From an uncultured Clostridia bacterium (GTDB taxonomy: Bacteria; Bacillota; Clostridia; TANB77; CAG-508): DNA of 64,000 nucleotides. Within the stretch, counting starts at the first letter, position 1. Each line of letters opens with the position of its first letter. Shown here one piece after another: positions 30,381 to 39,465 of this stretch. Location of the stretch: positions 837-64,836 of the forward strand of contig CAUWAY010000002.1 of the NCBI GenBank assembly GCA_963556905.1. The letters are read 5' to 3'. Under the pieces are notes generated by a model that saw only the letters and a list, made by a program, of their open reading frames with translations, did not search any database and had not been told where the DNA came from. The translations under genes and the position numbers were made by a program.

Positions 30381-30433
30381 AATAATATTACAATAATATT
30401 ACAATAATATTACAAAAAATACAATTAGATTAC
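30381..30433. repeat. 11-bp phased direct repeats (AATAATATTAC x3 perfect, then two degenerate units)
   Basis: Units at 30381-30391, 30392-30402 and 30403-30413 are identical, followed by aaaaaatac and aattagattac. They lie in the divergent spoVAC/pilM intergenic region, just upstream of the pilM promoter. Confidence 0.85.
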
Positions 30434-30449
30434 ATTTCTTGCAAATCTA

Positions 30450-30477
30450 TTGACTTTTTGTCTAAAAAAGTTAAAAT
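30450..30477 (+). promoter_or_regulatory. Candidate promoter of the pilus operon
   Basis: TTGACT (30450-30455), 16 nt, TAAAAT (30472-30477). Confidence 0.5.
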
Positions 30478-30513
30478 AAAAGTAAGTGTAATAATAAAAG
30501 CGAGGGGGATAAA

Positions 30514-32121
30514 ATGGCAAGTTATTTAGGATTATATATCGAAAGTCACCTAATTAAATATGCAAAAGTGACAAAAGAAAAAGATAAAATAAAAATAGAC
30601 TCATTTGGAATAAAATTTTACAATAACTTATCTCAAGCTATTAATCAAATAGTAGAAGAAACATATAGCTTTAATACTCCAATAAGTGTAAACCTAGCAG
30701 GAGAATCATATCAATATTTTAGTATGTTTTCGCAATTAAACAAAAAAGACCTGGACAAAGCAATAAAACTAGAATATGACACATATTGTACAGAAAAGGG
30801 ATTTAATTCAAATTCTATGGAACAAAGATATTCGATAGTTAATAATATAGTAGATGACGGAAAATTAAGAGTAATAAACATAAGCCAAAATAAAATCGAG
30901 TTAACAAAAATAAAAACTAAATTAGGTGAATACAAACTTAACACAATATCACCAGTATCAATGACAATCCCTACAATAGCATCATTAGGAGAAAAAGAAA
31001 AGGCTTTAATAGTAAATATAGAAGAAGATACAACAATAACAACAATAATAGATAGAAACATATATGAAATAACAAAAATTGAACAAGGAAGTAAAGAAAT
31101 TCTTGAAAAAATAAACATGAAAGAAAATTCATATGCAAAGGCATATGAAATTTTAAGGAATACAACAATATATACATCAGATACACAAGATTTTGTTGAA
31201 GAAGAAAGCAGATATTTAGAAGATATAATGCCAACGTTATACTCAGTCGTAGGAAATGTACAAAAAATAATAAATGAAAATATACAAAAAATAGATAAAG
31301 TATATATTACTGGAACACTTTCATGTGTAAATAATATTGATTTGTACTTTCAAGAATATTTGGACAAAGTACAATGTGAAATATTAAAACCATATTTTGT
31401 ACAAAATTTAGCAAAAGATGTCAATTTAAAAGAATATATTGAAGTAAACTCAGCAATATCACTGGCATTACAAGGACTTGGAGAAGGAATTAAAGGAATA
31501 AACTTTAAAAGCATTTCGTTGCTTGAAAAAGCATTTCAAACGGTGCCTATAACAAAAAGTACAAGAAAAGAAAAAAATATAAATATAAAACTTGATGATT
31601 TCAAAGAAAAATTCACAAAGCCAGAAACATGGTTACTAAGAAGTTCAATAGCTGTATTATTATTTATTATAATATATAGTACATTTTCAAGTTTATTAGT
31701 AAAACAAATAGAAACAAAACAAAAAGAAGTTGATAAAGTCACAACAGACATAAGTATGCAAATATCAAAAATACAAAAAGATACACAGAATTTAAATCAA
31801 CAAGTCACACAATATACAGAAGATATAAAAAAATTAAAAACAGTAAATGATAAAATAAGTGAAATAAATGCAAGTAAAAACTTAATACCAAATTTATTAA
31901 ACCAAATAATGCAAACAATTGATGAAAATGTGCAAATAAAAACAATAGAAAATACAACAGATAAACATATTGTTATTATAGCACAGTCTGAAAAATATCA
32001 GGGTTTAGGATATTTTAAAACCAAATTACAAACAAAAAATATTTTAAACAATGTAGTTGCTGGAAGCAGTATGAAAAATGGCTCAACTATAACTGTTACG
32101 ATAGAAGGTGATTTACCATGA
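30514..32121 (+). CDS. pilM: Type IV pilus assembly protein, PilM (actin-like ATPase fold) fused to a PilN-like TM/coiled-coil region
   Basis: 535 aa. The N-terminal roughly 340 aa show a PilM-like pattern (LGLYIESHLIKYAKV..., YITGT), followed by one TM helix (WLLRSSIAVLLFIIIYSTF) and a long coiled coil. Confidence 0.7.
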   Translation: MASYLGLYIESHLIKYAKVTKEKDKIKIDSFGIKFYNNLSQAINQIVEETYSFNTPISVNLAGESYQYFSMFSQLNKKDLDKAIKLEYDTYCTEKGFNSNSMEQRYSIVNNIVDDGKLRVINISQNKIELTKIKTKLGEYKLNTISPVSMTIPTIASLGEKEKALIVNIEEDTTITTIIDRNIYEITKIEQGSKEILEKINMKENSYAKAYEILRNTTIYTSDTQDFVEEESRYLEDIMPTLYSVVGNVQKIINENIQKIDKVYITGTLSCVNNIDLYFQEYLDKVQCEILKPYFVQNLAKDVNLKEYIEVNSAISLALQGLGEGIKGINFKSISLLEKAFQTVPITKSTRKEKNINIKLDDFKEKFTKPETWLLRSSIAVLLFIIIYSTFSSLLVKQIETKQKEVDKVTTDISMQISKIQKDTQNLNQQVTQYTEDIKKLKTVNDKISEINASKNLIPNLLNQIMQTIDENVQIKTIENTTDKHIVIIAQSEKYQGLGYFKTKLQTKNILNNVVAGSSMKNGSTITVTIEGDLP

Positions 32122-32903
32122 GAAAAATATTATTAGGAATAATTACAATATTATTATTAACTTTTGCTATATATATAACTGTACAAGGAACATCTATAGG
32201 AAATTTTAAAATTAATAGTTTTACCAAAATTAAAGAAGCAAATGAAATGCTTAATAAGAAAATTTCAGCAGCAACACAATTAAAAGAAACTTCATATCCA
32301 CAGAATATTCAAATACTAAATGAAACATATAAAAAAGTAATGACAGAAAAACAAAATTATGAACAGGTTATTGCATTAGGGGTTAATGATGAAGGAGAAA
32401 CAATAAACAGTGGAGCTAGATATGAAATGGAGAAACTGTGGATTACTCTTGGACGTTATGCAGATAAGCAAGGAGTAGATTTGAAATTAGAAGTAATAGC
32501 AAATACGTTAACAGATAGTGCGGCAGAACAAATTGTTTCAGACAAAGGCGTTACAGAAATATTCAAATCATATGATTTAAAATTTACATTGCAAGGTGGA
32601 TATGTTCAAATAACAGACTTCTTATATGATATAGAAAAAGATAGATCATTAGTATTTAAAATAGAAAATTATAAAATGGTTCCAGGAAGTAGTGTAGAAA
32701 ATCTAATGGCAACTTTTACATGTAAAGATGTATACTTAAATATATCTAGTGCAGATGCACAACAGCAAACTCAACCAGATACTCAAGGTACAACAACAGA
32801 TGGGAAAACAACAAATGATCAAATAACAGCAAATCCTCAAAACACAACAACAGAAGGAATAAATTCTACACAAAATGGGGCAACCACAAATTCAAATTCA
32901 TAA
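32118..32903 (+). CDS. PilO-like pilus assembly protein with Thr/Gln/Asn-rich tail
   Basis: N-terminal TM helix, coiled coil and a ferredoxin-like C-domain. It overlaps the pilMN stop by 4 nt and has a low-complexity T/Q/N tail. Confidence 0.45.
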   Translation: MRKILLGIITILLLTFAIYITVQGTSIGNFKINSFTKIKEANEMLNKKISAATQLKETSYPQNIQILNETYKKVMTEKQNYEQVIALGVNDEGETINSGARYEMEKLWITLGRYADKQGVDLKLEVIANTLTDSAAEQIVSDKGVTEIFKSYDLKFTLQGGYVQITDFLYDIEKDRSLVFKIENYKMVPGSSVENLMATFTCKDVYLNISSADAQQQTQPDTQGTTTDGKTTNDQITANPQNTTTEGINSTQNGATTNSNS

Positions 32904-32948
32904 TAGTATAAAATTACTGAAAACTTTAAAAATTATAGAAAGGAAAGT

Positions 32949-33380
32949 ATGAAAATGACCAAAAATATAATAAGAGAAATAATAATTTCACTATTAGTCT
33001 GTTTAGCAATATTATTAATTTTAAGTGTAATATTATATAATTTTATACCGTCAAATAAAGTTATTCCAGAAGAAGTAGAATATGTGCCAACAGCAGAAAT
33101 ACAAACACAATTAAATGCCGAAAGAGTGCAAAACTCTGTACCAACAAAAGTTTTTGAAATAACTGCTTCAGATTTAGATAAATATGAAAAAACAAATGAC
33201 TATAACCCAGGAAAAGTAAATCCATTTGCACCAGTAACTGATTCAAGTAATGGTGATTCTAATGGGGAAAGTGGTAATAATAGTTCAAATCAAGGAGATT
33301 CATCAAATAATAATTCAAATAATAGTAATTCAACAAACAATGGAGGAGGTTCATTATTTGAAAAACCATCAAGTAAATAA
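32949..33380 (+). CDS. Single-pass membrane protein with Ser/Asn-rich tail (pilus-locus accessory protein)
   Basis: 143 aa with a TM helix near the N-terminus and the tail SSNGDSNGESGNNSSNQGDSSNNNSNNSNSTNNGGG. No family recognised. Confidence 0.35.
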   Translation: MKMTKNIIREIIISLLVCLAILLILSVILYNFIPSNKVIPEEVEYVPTAEIQTQLNAERVQNSVPTKVFEITASDLDKYEKTNDYNPGKVNPFAPVTDSSNGDSNGESGNNSSNQGDSSNNNSNNSNSTNNGGGSLFEKPSSK

Positions 33381-33537
33381 TATTATATTTTAATATTTAA
33401 ATATAATCTAATACATCAAGAGAAAAGGGGATGAACAAACTTAAGATAAAGGATAGTTACCTAATTAACAAAGTTATTAAAATTTTAATATACAAAATCT
33501 GTTAATAAACAGAGAAAAGAAAAAGGAGGAAATTAAA

Positions 33538-34083
33538 ATGAAAAAAAATCAAAGAGGTGTAACATTAATTGCACTTGTAGTTACAATAATTGTACTACTA
33601 ATTTTAGCAGCTACAGCGATAGCAACATTAACAGGAGAGGATGGAATAATAACAAATGCTCAGAAAGCACAAGCAGCAAATACAGAAGGAGAGGCAATTG
33701 ACAAATTAAACCTTGCATATAATGCTGTATACACAAATGCAATGGTAAAAATGTCAACTGTAAATGGATATCAACCAAGTGAAGCAACTAATGCAAACGA
33801 ACTAGCAGATATTGCTGCAAAAGAAATCGGAGCAAAATTAAATAAAACAGCTGTACCAGATGTTGCAACAGTACCTAATGGTTATACTGTTTATGTAAAT
33901 GGTGCTACTATAACATTATTTTACAAAGATGCAAAATTTGTAAATACACCTGCAACAAAAGGACCAGATGGAACAATAACAGCAAATACATCAGATAATT
34001 TATACCCAATGCTAAAAGCTGAAATAACACTAAAAACTAATGGAGTTGAATACTCTTTAGAACCAATAAGAAGTGTTAAATAG
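33538..34083 (+). CDS. Type IV pilin-like protein, paralog 1 (non-canonical G|VTLIA N-terminus)
   Basis: MKKNQRG|VTLIALVVTIIVLLILAATAIA is a class III signal-like leader plus a hydrophobic helix. The C-terminal motif LYPxLKAEI...RSVK is shared with paralogs 2 and 3. Strong RBS. Confidence 0.75.
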   Translation: MKKNQRGVTLIALVVTIIVLLILAATAIATLTGEDGIITNAQKAQAANTEGEAIDKLNLAYNAVYTNAMVKMSTVNGYQPSEATNANELADIAAKEIGAKLNKTAVPDVATVPNGYTVYVNGATITLFYKDAKFVNTPATKGPDGTITANTSDNLYPMLKAEITLKTNGVEYSLEPIRSVK

Positions 34084-34105
34084 TTGATGAAAGGAAAATG
34101 ATGAA

Positions 34106-34654
34106 ATGAAAAAAAATCAAAGAGGTGTAACATTAATTGCATTAGTAGTTACAATAATAGTGCTACTAATATTAGCCGCAACAGCAATAGCAACACTAAC
34201 AGGAGAAGATGGAATAATAACAAATGCTCAAAAAGCACAAGCTGCCAATATTGAAGGAGAAGTTATAGACAAAATGTCACTTGGATATAATTCAGTATAT
34301 ACAAATGCAATGGTAAAAATGTCAACACAAAATGGATATCAACCAAGTGCAGAGGCTAATGTACAAGAATTAGTTAATATATTAGTAAAAGAAATAGGAA
34401 AAGATGCTAAAAATGAAGGAACTACAGCAGTACCAACAGATACAACTATAAAAGATGGAAAATATCATGTATATTATTCAGTAGATGGAGCTAACAAAAC
34501 AGCTAAAATCACAATATTATACGGAGATGGAAAATTTGCATTAAAAGCAAATGAAACACCAGCAAATAACTTATATCCAAATCTTAAAGCTGAAATAGAA
34601 TTGACATCAAATAGTGTTAATTATAAAACAACACCAACAAGAAGTGTAAAATAA
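34106..34654 (+). CDS. Type IV pilin-like protein, paralog 2
   Basis: The first roughly 47 aa are identical to paralog 1, the centre is variable and the C-terminus is conserved. Confidence 0.75.
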   Translation: MKKNQRGVTLIALVVTIIVLLILAATAIATLTGEDGIITNAQKAQAANIEGEVIDKMSLGYNSVYTNAMVKMSTQNGYQPSAEANVQELVNILVKEIGKDAKNEGTTAVPTDTTIKDGKYHVYYSVDGANKTAKITILYGDGKFALKANETPANNLYPNLKAEIELTSNSVNYKTTPTRSVK

Positions 34655-34686
34655 TTTATGATTAAAATATAGGAAGGAAAAATAAA

Positions 34687-35247
34687 ATGAAAAAGAACCA
34701 AAGAGGTGTAACACTAATTGCATTAGTAGTTACAATAATAGTATTATTAATATTAGCTGCAACAGCGATAGCAACATTAACAGGAGAAGATGGAATAATA
34801 ACAAATGCTCAAAAAGCACAAGCAGCAAACACAGAAGGAGAAGTTATTGATAGAATGAATTTAGCATATAATGCTGTATATTCACAATCAATGATTAAAA
34901 TGTCAACAGAAAATGGATATCAACCAAGTGCTAAATATGCAGATTTAGCAAAAGCAGTAGCAGATGAGTTAGGAATAACAAAAACAACAGATCAAAAAGT
35001 TGACAATGGAAACTATACAAAAGAAATAGGTGGAGGAACATGGACAATAACATCAACAGCTGCTACAGCAGATCCAGGAGCTACACCAGCTACAATTAAA
35101 ATAGAATATAGAGATGCAAAATTTGCATTAGATTTTAGTGGAGATAAAACATATCCAGAAAATAATCAATATCCAAAATTAAGTTGTACAATTACTTTAG
35201 ATACAAATAAAGTATCATTTACAGCACCGGTAAGATCAGTAAAATAA
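34687..35247 (+). CDS. Type IV pilin-like protein, paralog 3
   Basis: Same N-terminal module, variable centre, and a C-terminus ending ...PVRSVK. Confidence 0.75.
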   Translation: MKKNQRGVTLIALVVTIIVLLILAATAIATLTGEDGIITNAQKAQAANTEGEVIDRMNLAYNAVYSQSMIKMSTENGYQPSAKYADLAKAVADELGITKTTDQKVDNGNYTKEIGGGTWTITSTAATADPGATPATIKIEYRDAKFALDFSGDKTYPENNQYPKLSCTITLDTNKVSFTAPVRSVK

Positions 35248-35372
35248 TTTAACATAATAAATACAGCAACAGGCATATACTTATGTATATGCCTGCGCTA
35301 ATATAAAGCAATAATTCAAATAATACATAAAGAAAGGGGAAACTAGTTATTATAAACTAGCAAGGCTTAAAA

Positions 35373-36173
35373 ATGAATATATTTTTATATGCAATAATCT
35401 TTATAATAGGAACTGTATTCGGAAGTTTTTATACACTAGCAGTATATAGAATACCAAAAAATATAGATATAATAAAAACTCATTCATATTGTCCAAATTG
35501 TAATCATAAGTTAGGATTTTTTGAATTAATACCAGTATGGAGTTATATAATTTTAGGTGGAAAATGTAAACACTGTAATCAACCAATAAGAGCAAGATAT
35601 TTAATATTAGAAATATTAAGTGGATGCACATTTTTAATGTTAGCACAATTATTTAAAATTAATATATATACATTAAATATACAAAAAATAACAGTTTTTG
35701 CATTAACAATATTATATTTTACAGCATTAGTATTAATAATAGCAATAGATAAAGAATACAGAAAAATAGACAAAAAGGTACTTGCATATGGAATATTCAT
35801 ATCACTTATATATATGATATATCTATATACAATAGAACCAACTAGTATATATAGATATGCTATATATCTAGGAATATTTATAATATTATTATCAATAGAC
35901 ACTATATTACTTAGAAAACTAGCAAAAGAAAGTTATATAGTAAATATATTAATATTTATAAATATTATCTTAATATTTACAGATTTTAGTATAACTATCT
36001 TAACAATTGTGATTGCAAGTTTAGCAATAGTAATATATATTCTAGAACAAAAAATAATACAAAAGAAAAAAACGATTAAGAAAAGTTCATTAAATGACAT
36101 ACCACTCGGATTTTTCATAGGCGTAAGTAATATTATAGTGTTATTTATGATGAATTTAATAAGCCAATTATAG
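35373..36173 (+). CDS. pilD: Prepilin peptidase (A24 family) with N-terminal zinc-ribbon (CxxC...CxxC) domain
   Basis: YCPNCNHKL...GGKCKHCNQPI N-domain, first catalytic Asp context LIIAIDKEYRKIDKKV, and a C-terminal IPLGFFIG motif. The second Asp motif is divergent (LSIDTILL instead of GxGD). Confidence 0.75.
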   Translation: MNIFLYAIIFIIGTVFGSFYTLAVYRIPKNIDIIKTHSYCPNCNHKLGFFELIPVWSYIILGGKCKHCNQPIRARYLILEILSGCTFLMLAQLFKINIYTLNIQKITVFALTILYFTALVLIIAIDKEYRKIDKKVLAYGIFISLIYMIYLYTIEPTSIYRYAIYLGIFIILLSIDTILLRKLAKESYIVNILIFINIILIFTDFSITILTIVIASLAIVIYILEQKIIQKKKTIKKSSLNDIPLGFFIGVSNIIVLFMMNLISQL

Positions 36174-36199
36174 GCTGAAAAGCAATATGGAGGAACTAT

Positions 36200-36628
36200 A
36201 TGAAATCTCAAAAAGGTGTAACTTTGGTATCTGTTGCAATATATATAGTAGTAATGCTTATTATTGTTGCAGTAATATCAAGAATATCAGCAGTTTTTTA
36301 TAAAAATGTAAAGAATACAACAGGACAAGCAGGAGCATATACAGAATACACAAAATTCAACAATTATTTAACAAAAGAAATAAATATAAAAGGAAATGAA
36401 GTAAGAGCATGTCAAAACACATCTGATATGAATTATATAATTTTTTCTACAACACAAAATCAATATAGTTTTGTAAAATCAGATAATTCGATATATAGAA
36501 ATAAAGCAAGAATATGTAAGAATGTTGATAATTGCTCAATAACTTATGATGAAAATACAAAAATAATAAGTGTGTATTTAAAAATTAACAGCGTAGAATA
36601 TAATTTAAAATATACAGTATACAGATAG
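36200..36628 (+). CDS. Minor pilin-like protein (G|VTLVS N-terminus)
   Basis: MKSQKG|VTLVSVAIYIVVMLIIVAVI leader and helix; 142 aa. Confidence 0.55.
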   Translation: MKSQKGVTLVSVAIYIVVMLIIVAVISRISAVFYKNVKNTTGQAGAYTEYTKFNNYLTKEINIKGNEVRACQNTSDMNYIIFSTTQNQYSFVKSDNSIYRNKARICKNVDNCSITYDENTKIISVYLKINSVEYNLKYTVYR

Positions 36629-36646
36629 AAGATTGGAGGAAAAGAT

Positions 36647-38284
36647 ATGGAAGTTAGAAAACGTCAACCAATGGGAATTGAACTTGTAAAAAAAGGAATA
36701 GTATCAACAGATGATGTAGATCTAGCATTAGAGGAACAAAGAAGAAATCCAAGTAAAAAAATCGGAGAAATTTTAAACGATATGCATGTATGTGATTCAC
36801 GTGAATTAATACAAGCAATAGGTGAAATAGTAGGTATAAGAGGAATAATATTAACGCAAGAGTCAATAAAAATTGACGTATTAAAATATATATCATTAGA
36901 AATTGCTCAAAAAAACTCAGCAATACCATTTGATATTGTAGGAGGAAGAATAAAAGTATGTTTTTCAGATACTACAAATACTAGAAATGTTGAATCTGTT
37001 AGAATGTTAATGTTAAATAAAGGGTTAATAATTGAACCATATATAACATTTTCTAATATATTAAATAATCTAATGAAGACTCTTGGAGGAGCAGCAGACA
37101 AGGATATATCGAAAATTAGAAATGGAGATAACACAACAGAAATAATAGACACAATAATAAAAACAGGAATAGAAAAAAGAGCAAGTGATATACATTTTGA
37201 ACCAGAAAGAAATGAAATAAGAGTAAGATATAGAATAGATGGAGAATTATTTACAGCGACATCAATACCTAAAGAAAAACAAACTCAAATAATAGGAAGA
37301 CTAAAAGCAATATCAAATATGCATCAAGAAAAACAAGAATCTCAAGATGGTAGAATATTATTATATGAAGATTATAATATTCGTGCATCATCACAAAAAA
37401 ATGTCTATGGAGAAAAATTTGTGCTAAGATTGCTAAAGAAAAATTCAGATATACAAAATATATTTGAATTAGGATATCCGGGAACAGAAAAAGATTTGAA
37501 TAAAAGTATTAATAAAAGAAATAGTATAACAATAATAGCTGCACCAACTGGAGAGGGAAAAACAACATCTTTGTATAGTATTATGGATTATTTAAATAAG
37601 CCTGAAATAAACATTACCACAATAGAAGATCCAGTAGAAATACGTATAGATGGATTAAACCAAATAGAAATAGATGCAAAATCTACTTTTTCAGGAAGTT
37701 TAAGAACAGTATTAAGACAAGACCCAGATATAATTCTTGTAGGAGAAATTAGAGATAAAGAAACAGCTGAAATAGCAATGCAAGCAGGACAAACAGGACA
37801 TTATGTATTATCAACAATACATACAATAGATGCTATTGAAGTAATAACAAGATTAAGGAAAATGGGAGTAACAGACTATGACATTGCAAGTACATTAGCA
37901 ACAAGTATTTCTCAAAGGTTAGTAAGAAGGTTATGTCCAAACTGTAAAAAAGAAAGAGAATTTACAGAAGAAGAAAAGAAAATAATAGAAGATATTGGAA
38001 GAAAATACAATTTTACATTTGATTTGAATAATATTAAAACATATAATGCAGTTGGTTGTAGTAAGTGTAATAATACAGGATATTATGGAAGAATTGGAAT
38101 TTTTGAAATACTTAATTTAAATGATAATATAAAAGAACTTATTATGAATGGAAAATCAAGTATAGAAATAAGAAGAGAAGCACTAAAAGAGGATTATAGA
38201 CCACTTTGCATAGACGGAATAAATAAAGTATTATCAGGGCTAACTAATTTGGAAGAAATAAATAGAAAAATTTTAATATTTTAA
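36647..38284 (+). CDS. pilB: Type IV pilus assembly ATPase PilB (GspE family)
   Basis: Walker A AAPTGEGKTT, Asp box, Walker B ILVGEIRD, His box, and tetracysteine CPNC...CSKC. The N-terminus is MshEN-like. Confidence 0.9.
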   Translation: MEVRKRQPMGIELVKKGIVSTDDVDLALEEQRRNPSKKIGEILNDMHVCDSRELIQAIGEIVGIRGIILTQESIKIDVLKYISLEIAQKNSAIPFDIVGGRIKVCFSDTTNTRNVESVRMLMLNKGLIIEPYITFSNILNNLMKTLGGAADKDISKIRNGDNTTEIIDTIIKTGIEKRASDIHFEPERNEIRVRYRIDGELFTATSIPKEKQTQIIGRLKAISNMHQEKQESQDGRILLYEDYNIRASSQKNVYGEKFVLRLLKKNSDIQNIFELGYPGTEKDLNKSINKRNSITIIAAPTGEGKTTSLYSIMDYLNKPEINITTIEDPVEIRIDGLNQIEIDAKSTFSGSLRTVLRQDPDIILVGEIRDKETAEIAMQAGQTGHYVLSTIHTIDAIEVITRLRKMGVTDYDIASTLATSISQRLVRRLCPNCKKEREFTEEEKKIIEDIGRKYNFTFDLNNIKTYNAVGCSKCNNTGYYGRIGIFEILNLNDNIKELIMNGKSSIEIRREALKEDYRPLCIDGINKVLSGLTNLEEINRKILIF

Positions 38285-38322
38285 AAAAACAGATTATACG
38301 CAAAATAAGAAGGGAGAAAAAA

Positions 38323-39438
38323 ATGGTTAACTTAGACAAAATAATGACATATGCAATAGAAAAAGAAGCATCAGATATACATTTAATATCAGGATTAAAA
38401 CCAATACTTAGAATAGCAAGATCTTTGGTTCCAGTAGAAGGTTCAAAAGAATTAAAAGATGAAGATATGTCAGAAATATATGATTACCTTGTAAGAGGAA
38501 ATGTAGACAAGGACAAAGTTTTTAATGAAACAAAAAAATTAGATACATCATATGAACATAATGGGGTACGTTTGAGAGTGAATTTATCATATGCGAATGA
38601 AGTTCCAACTTGCACAATGAGAATTATAAAAAATGAATTACCATCATATGAAGATTTAGGAGTACCAGATATAGTAAGAAGAATGACATATCAACCACAA
38701 GGCTTAATCTTAGTAACAGGAAAGACAAACTCTGGTAAATCAACAACATTGAATGCTTTAGTAAACCATATAAATGAAACACAAAACAAAAAAATATTAT
38801 CACTAGAAAGTCCAGTAGAATATAAACATAAATCAAAAAATTCAATTATAGTTCAAAAAGAAGTTGGAGAAGGAAGAGACTGTTTAACATACCATGATGG
38901 AGTAAAAAATGCATTAAGGGAAGATTGCGATATTCTAGTAATAGGAGAAATTAGAGATAGAGTAACAATGGAAGCTGCAATAGAAATGGCAGAATCAGGA
39001 CATTTAGTAATAGGAACTTTACATACAAAATCATGTGCAGAAACGATAGACAGAATGATAAATTTCTATGAAGTAAGAGACCAAGCACAGATAAAATATA
39101 TGTTATCATCATTACTAAAACTTGTAATATCACAAAGATTATTAGTTGGAACGACTGGAAAACTAGTATTAGTACCAGAAGTAATGGTAGTTGATAATAT
39201 AGTTGCAGGAACACTTAGAAAAGAAAAAATAAGTGTATCAGAAATTGAAGATGCAATACAAAGTGCACAAGATAAAGGAAGTGTAAGTTTAATAAATTCA
39301 ATAGCAACATTATTTGTAGATAATAAAATAACATTAGACCAAGCAAAAGCACAAATAGAAGAAAAAAATATAGAGACATTAAATAGGACAATAATGCAAT
39401 TAAGGATAAAAAAAGGAAAAAACGGAATGCAAGGATAA
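38323..39438 (+). CDS. pilT: Twitching-motility retraction ATPase PilT
   Basis: ASDIHL, Walker A GKTNSGKST, LVIGEIRD and GHLVIGTLHT; 371 aa. Confidence 0.9.
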   Translation: MVNLDKIMTYAIEKEASDIHLISGLKPILRIARSLVPVEGSKELKDEDMSEIYDYLVRGNVDKDKVFNETKKLDTSYEHNGVRLRVNLSYANEVPTCTMRIIKNELPSYEDLGVPDIVRRMTYQPQGLILVTGKTNSGKSTTLNALVNHINETQNKKILSLESPVEYKHKSKNSIIVQKEVGEGRDCLTYHDGVKNALREDCDILVIGEIRDRVTMEAAIEMAESGHLVIGTLHTKSCAETIDRMINFYEVRDQAQIKYMLSSLLKLVISQRLLVGTTGKLVLVPEVMVVDNIVAGTLRKEKISVSEIEDAIQSAQDKGSVSLINSIATLFVDNKITLDQAKAQIEEKNIETLNRTIMQLRIKKGKNGMQG

Positions 39439-39465
39439 AATTATATAAAGAAGGGAGATAACAGC

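Larger units (their letters stand above)
33538..35247 (+). repeat. Tandem triplication of pilin genes (conserved 5' roughly 250 nt and 3' ends, divergent middles)
   Basis: By eye, the 5' segments at 33538-, 34106- and 34687- align at about 85-90% nucleotide identity over roughly 250 nt. Confidence 0.8.

Noticed and set aside
30381-30433. Possible CRISPR array or minisatellite at the 11-bp repeats
   Set aside because: The units are only 11 bp and directly abutting with no spacers, and no cas genes are nearby. This is not a CRISPR array; it is treated as a regulatory direct-repeat array.
33381-33537. c-di-GMP riboswitch upstream of the first pilin gene (as in Clostridioides difficile pilA1)
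   Set aside because: The 157-nt region is almost pure A/T. It lacks the GC-rich conserved helices of either c-di-GMP riboswitch class, and no terminator/antiterminator pair is visible.
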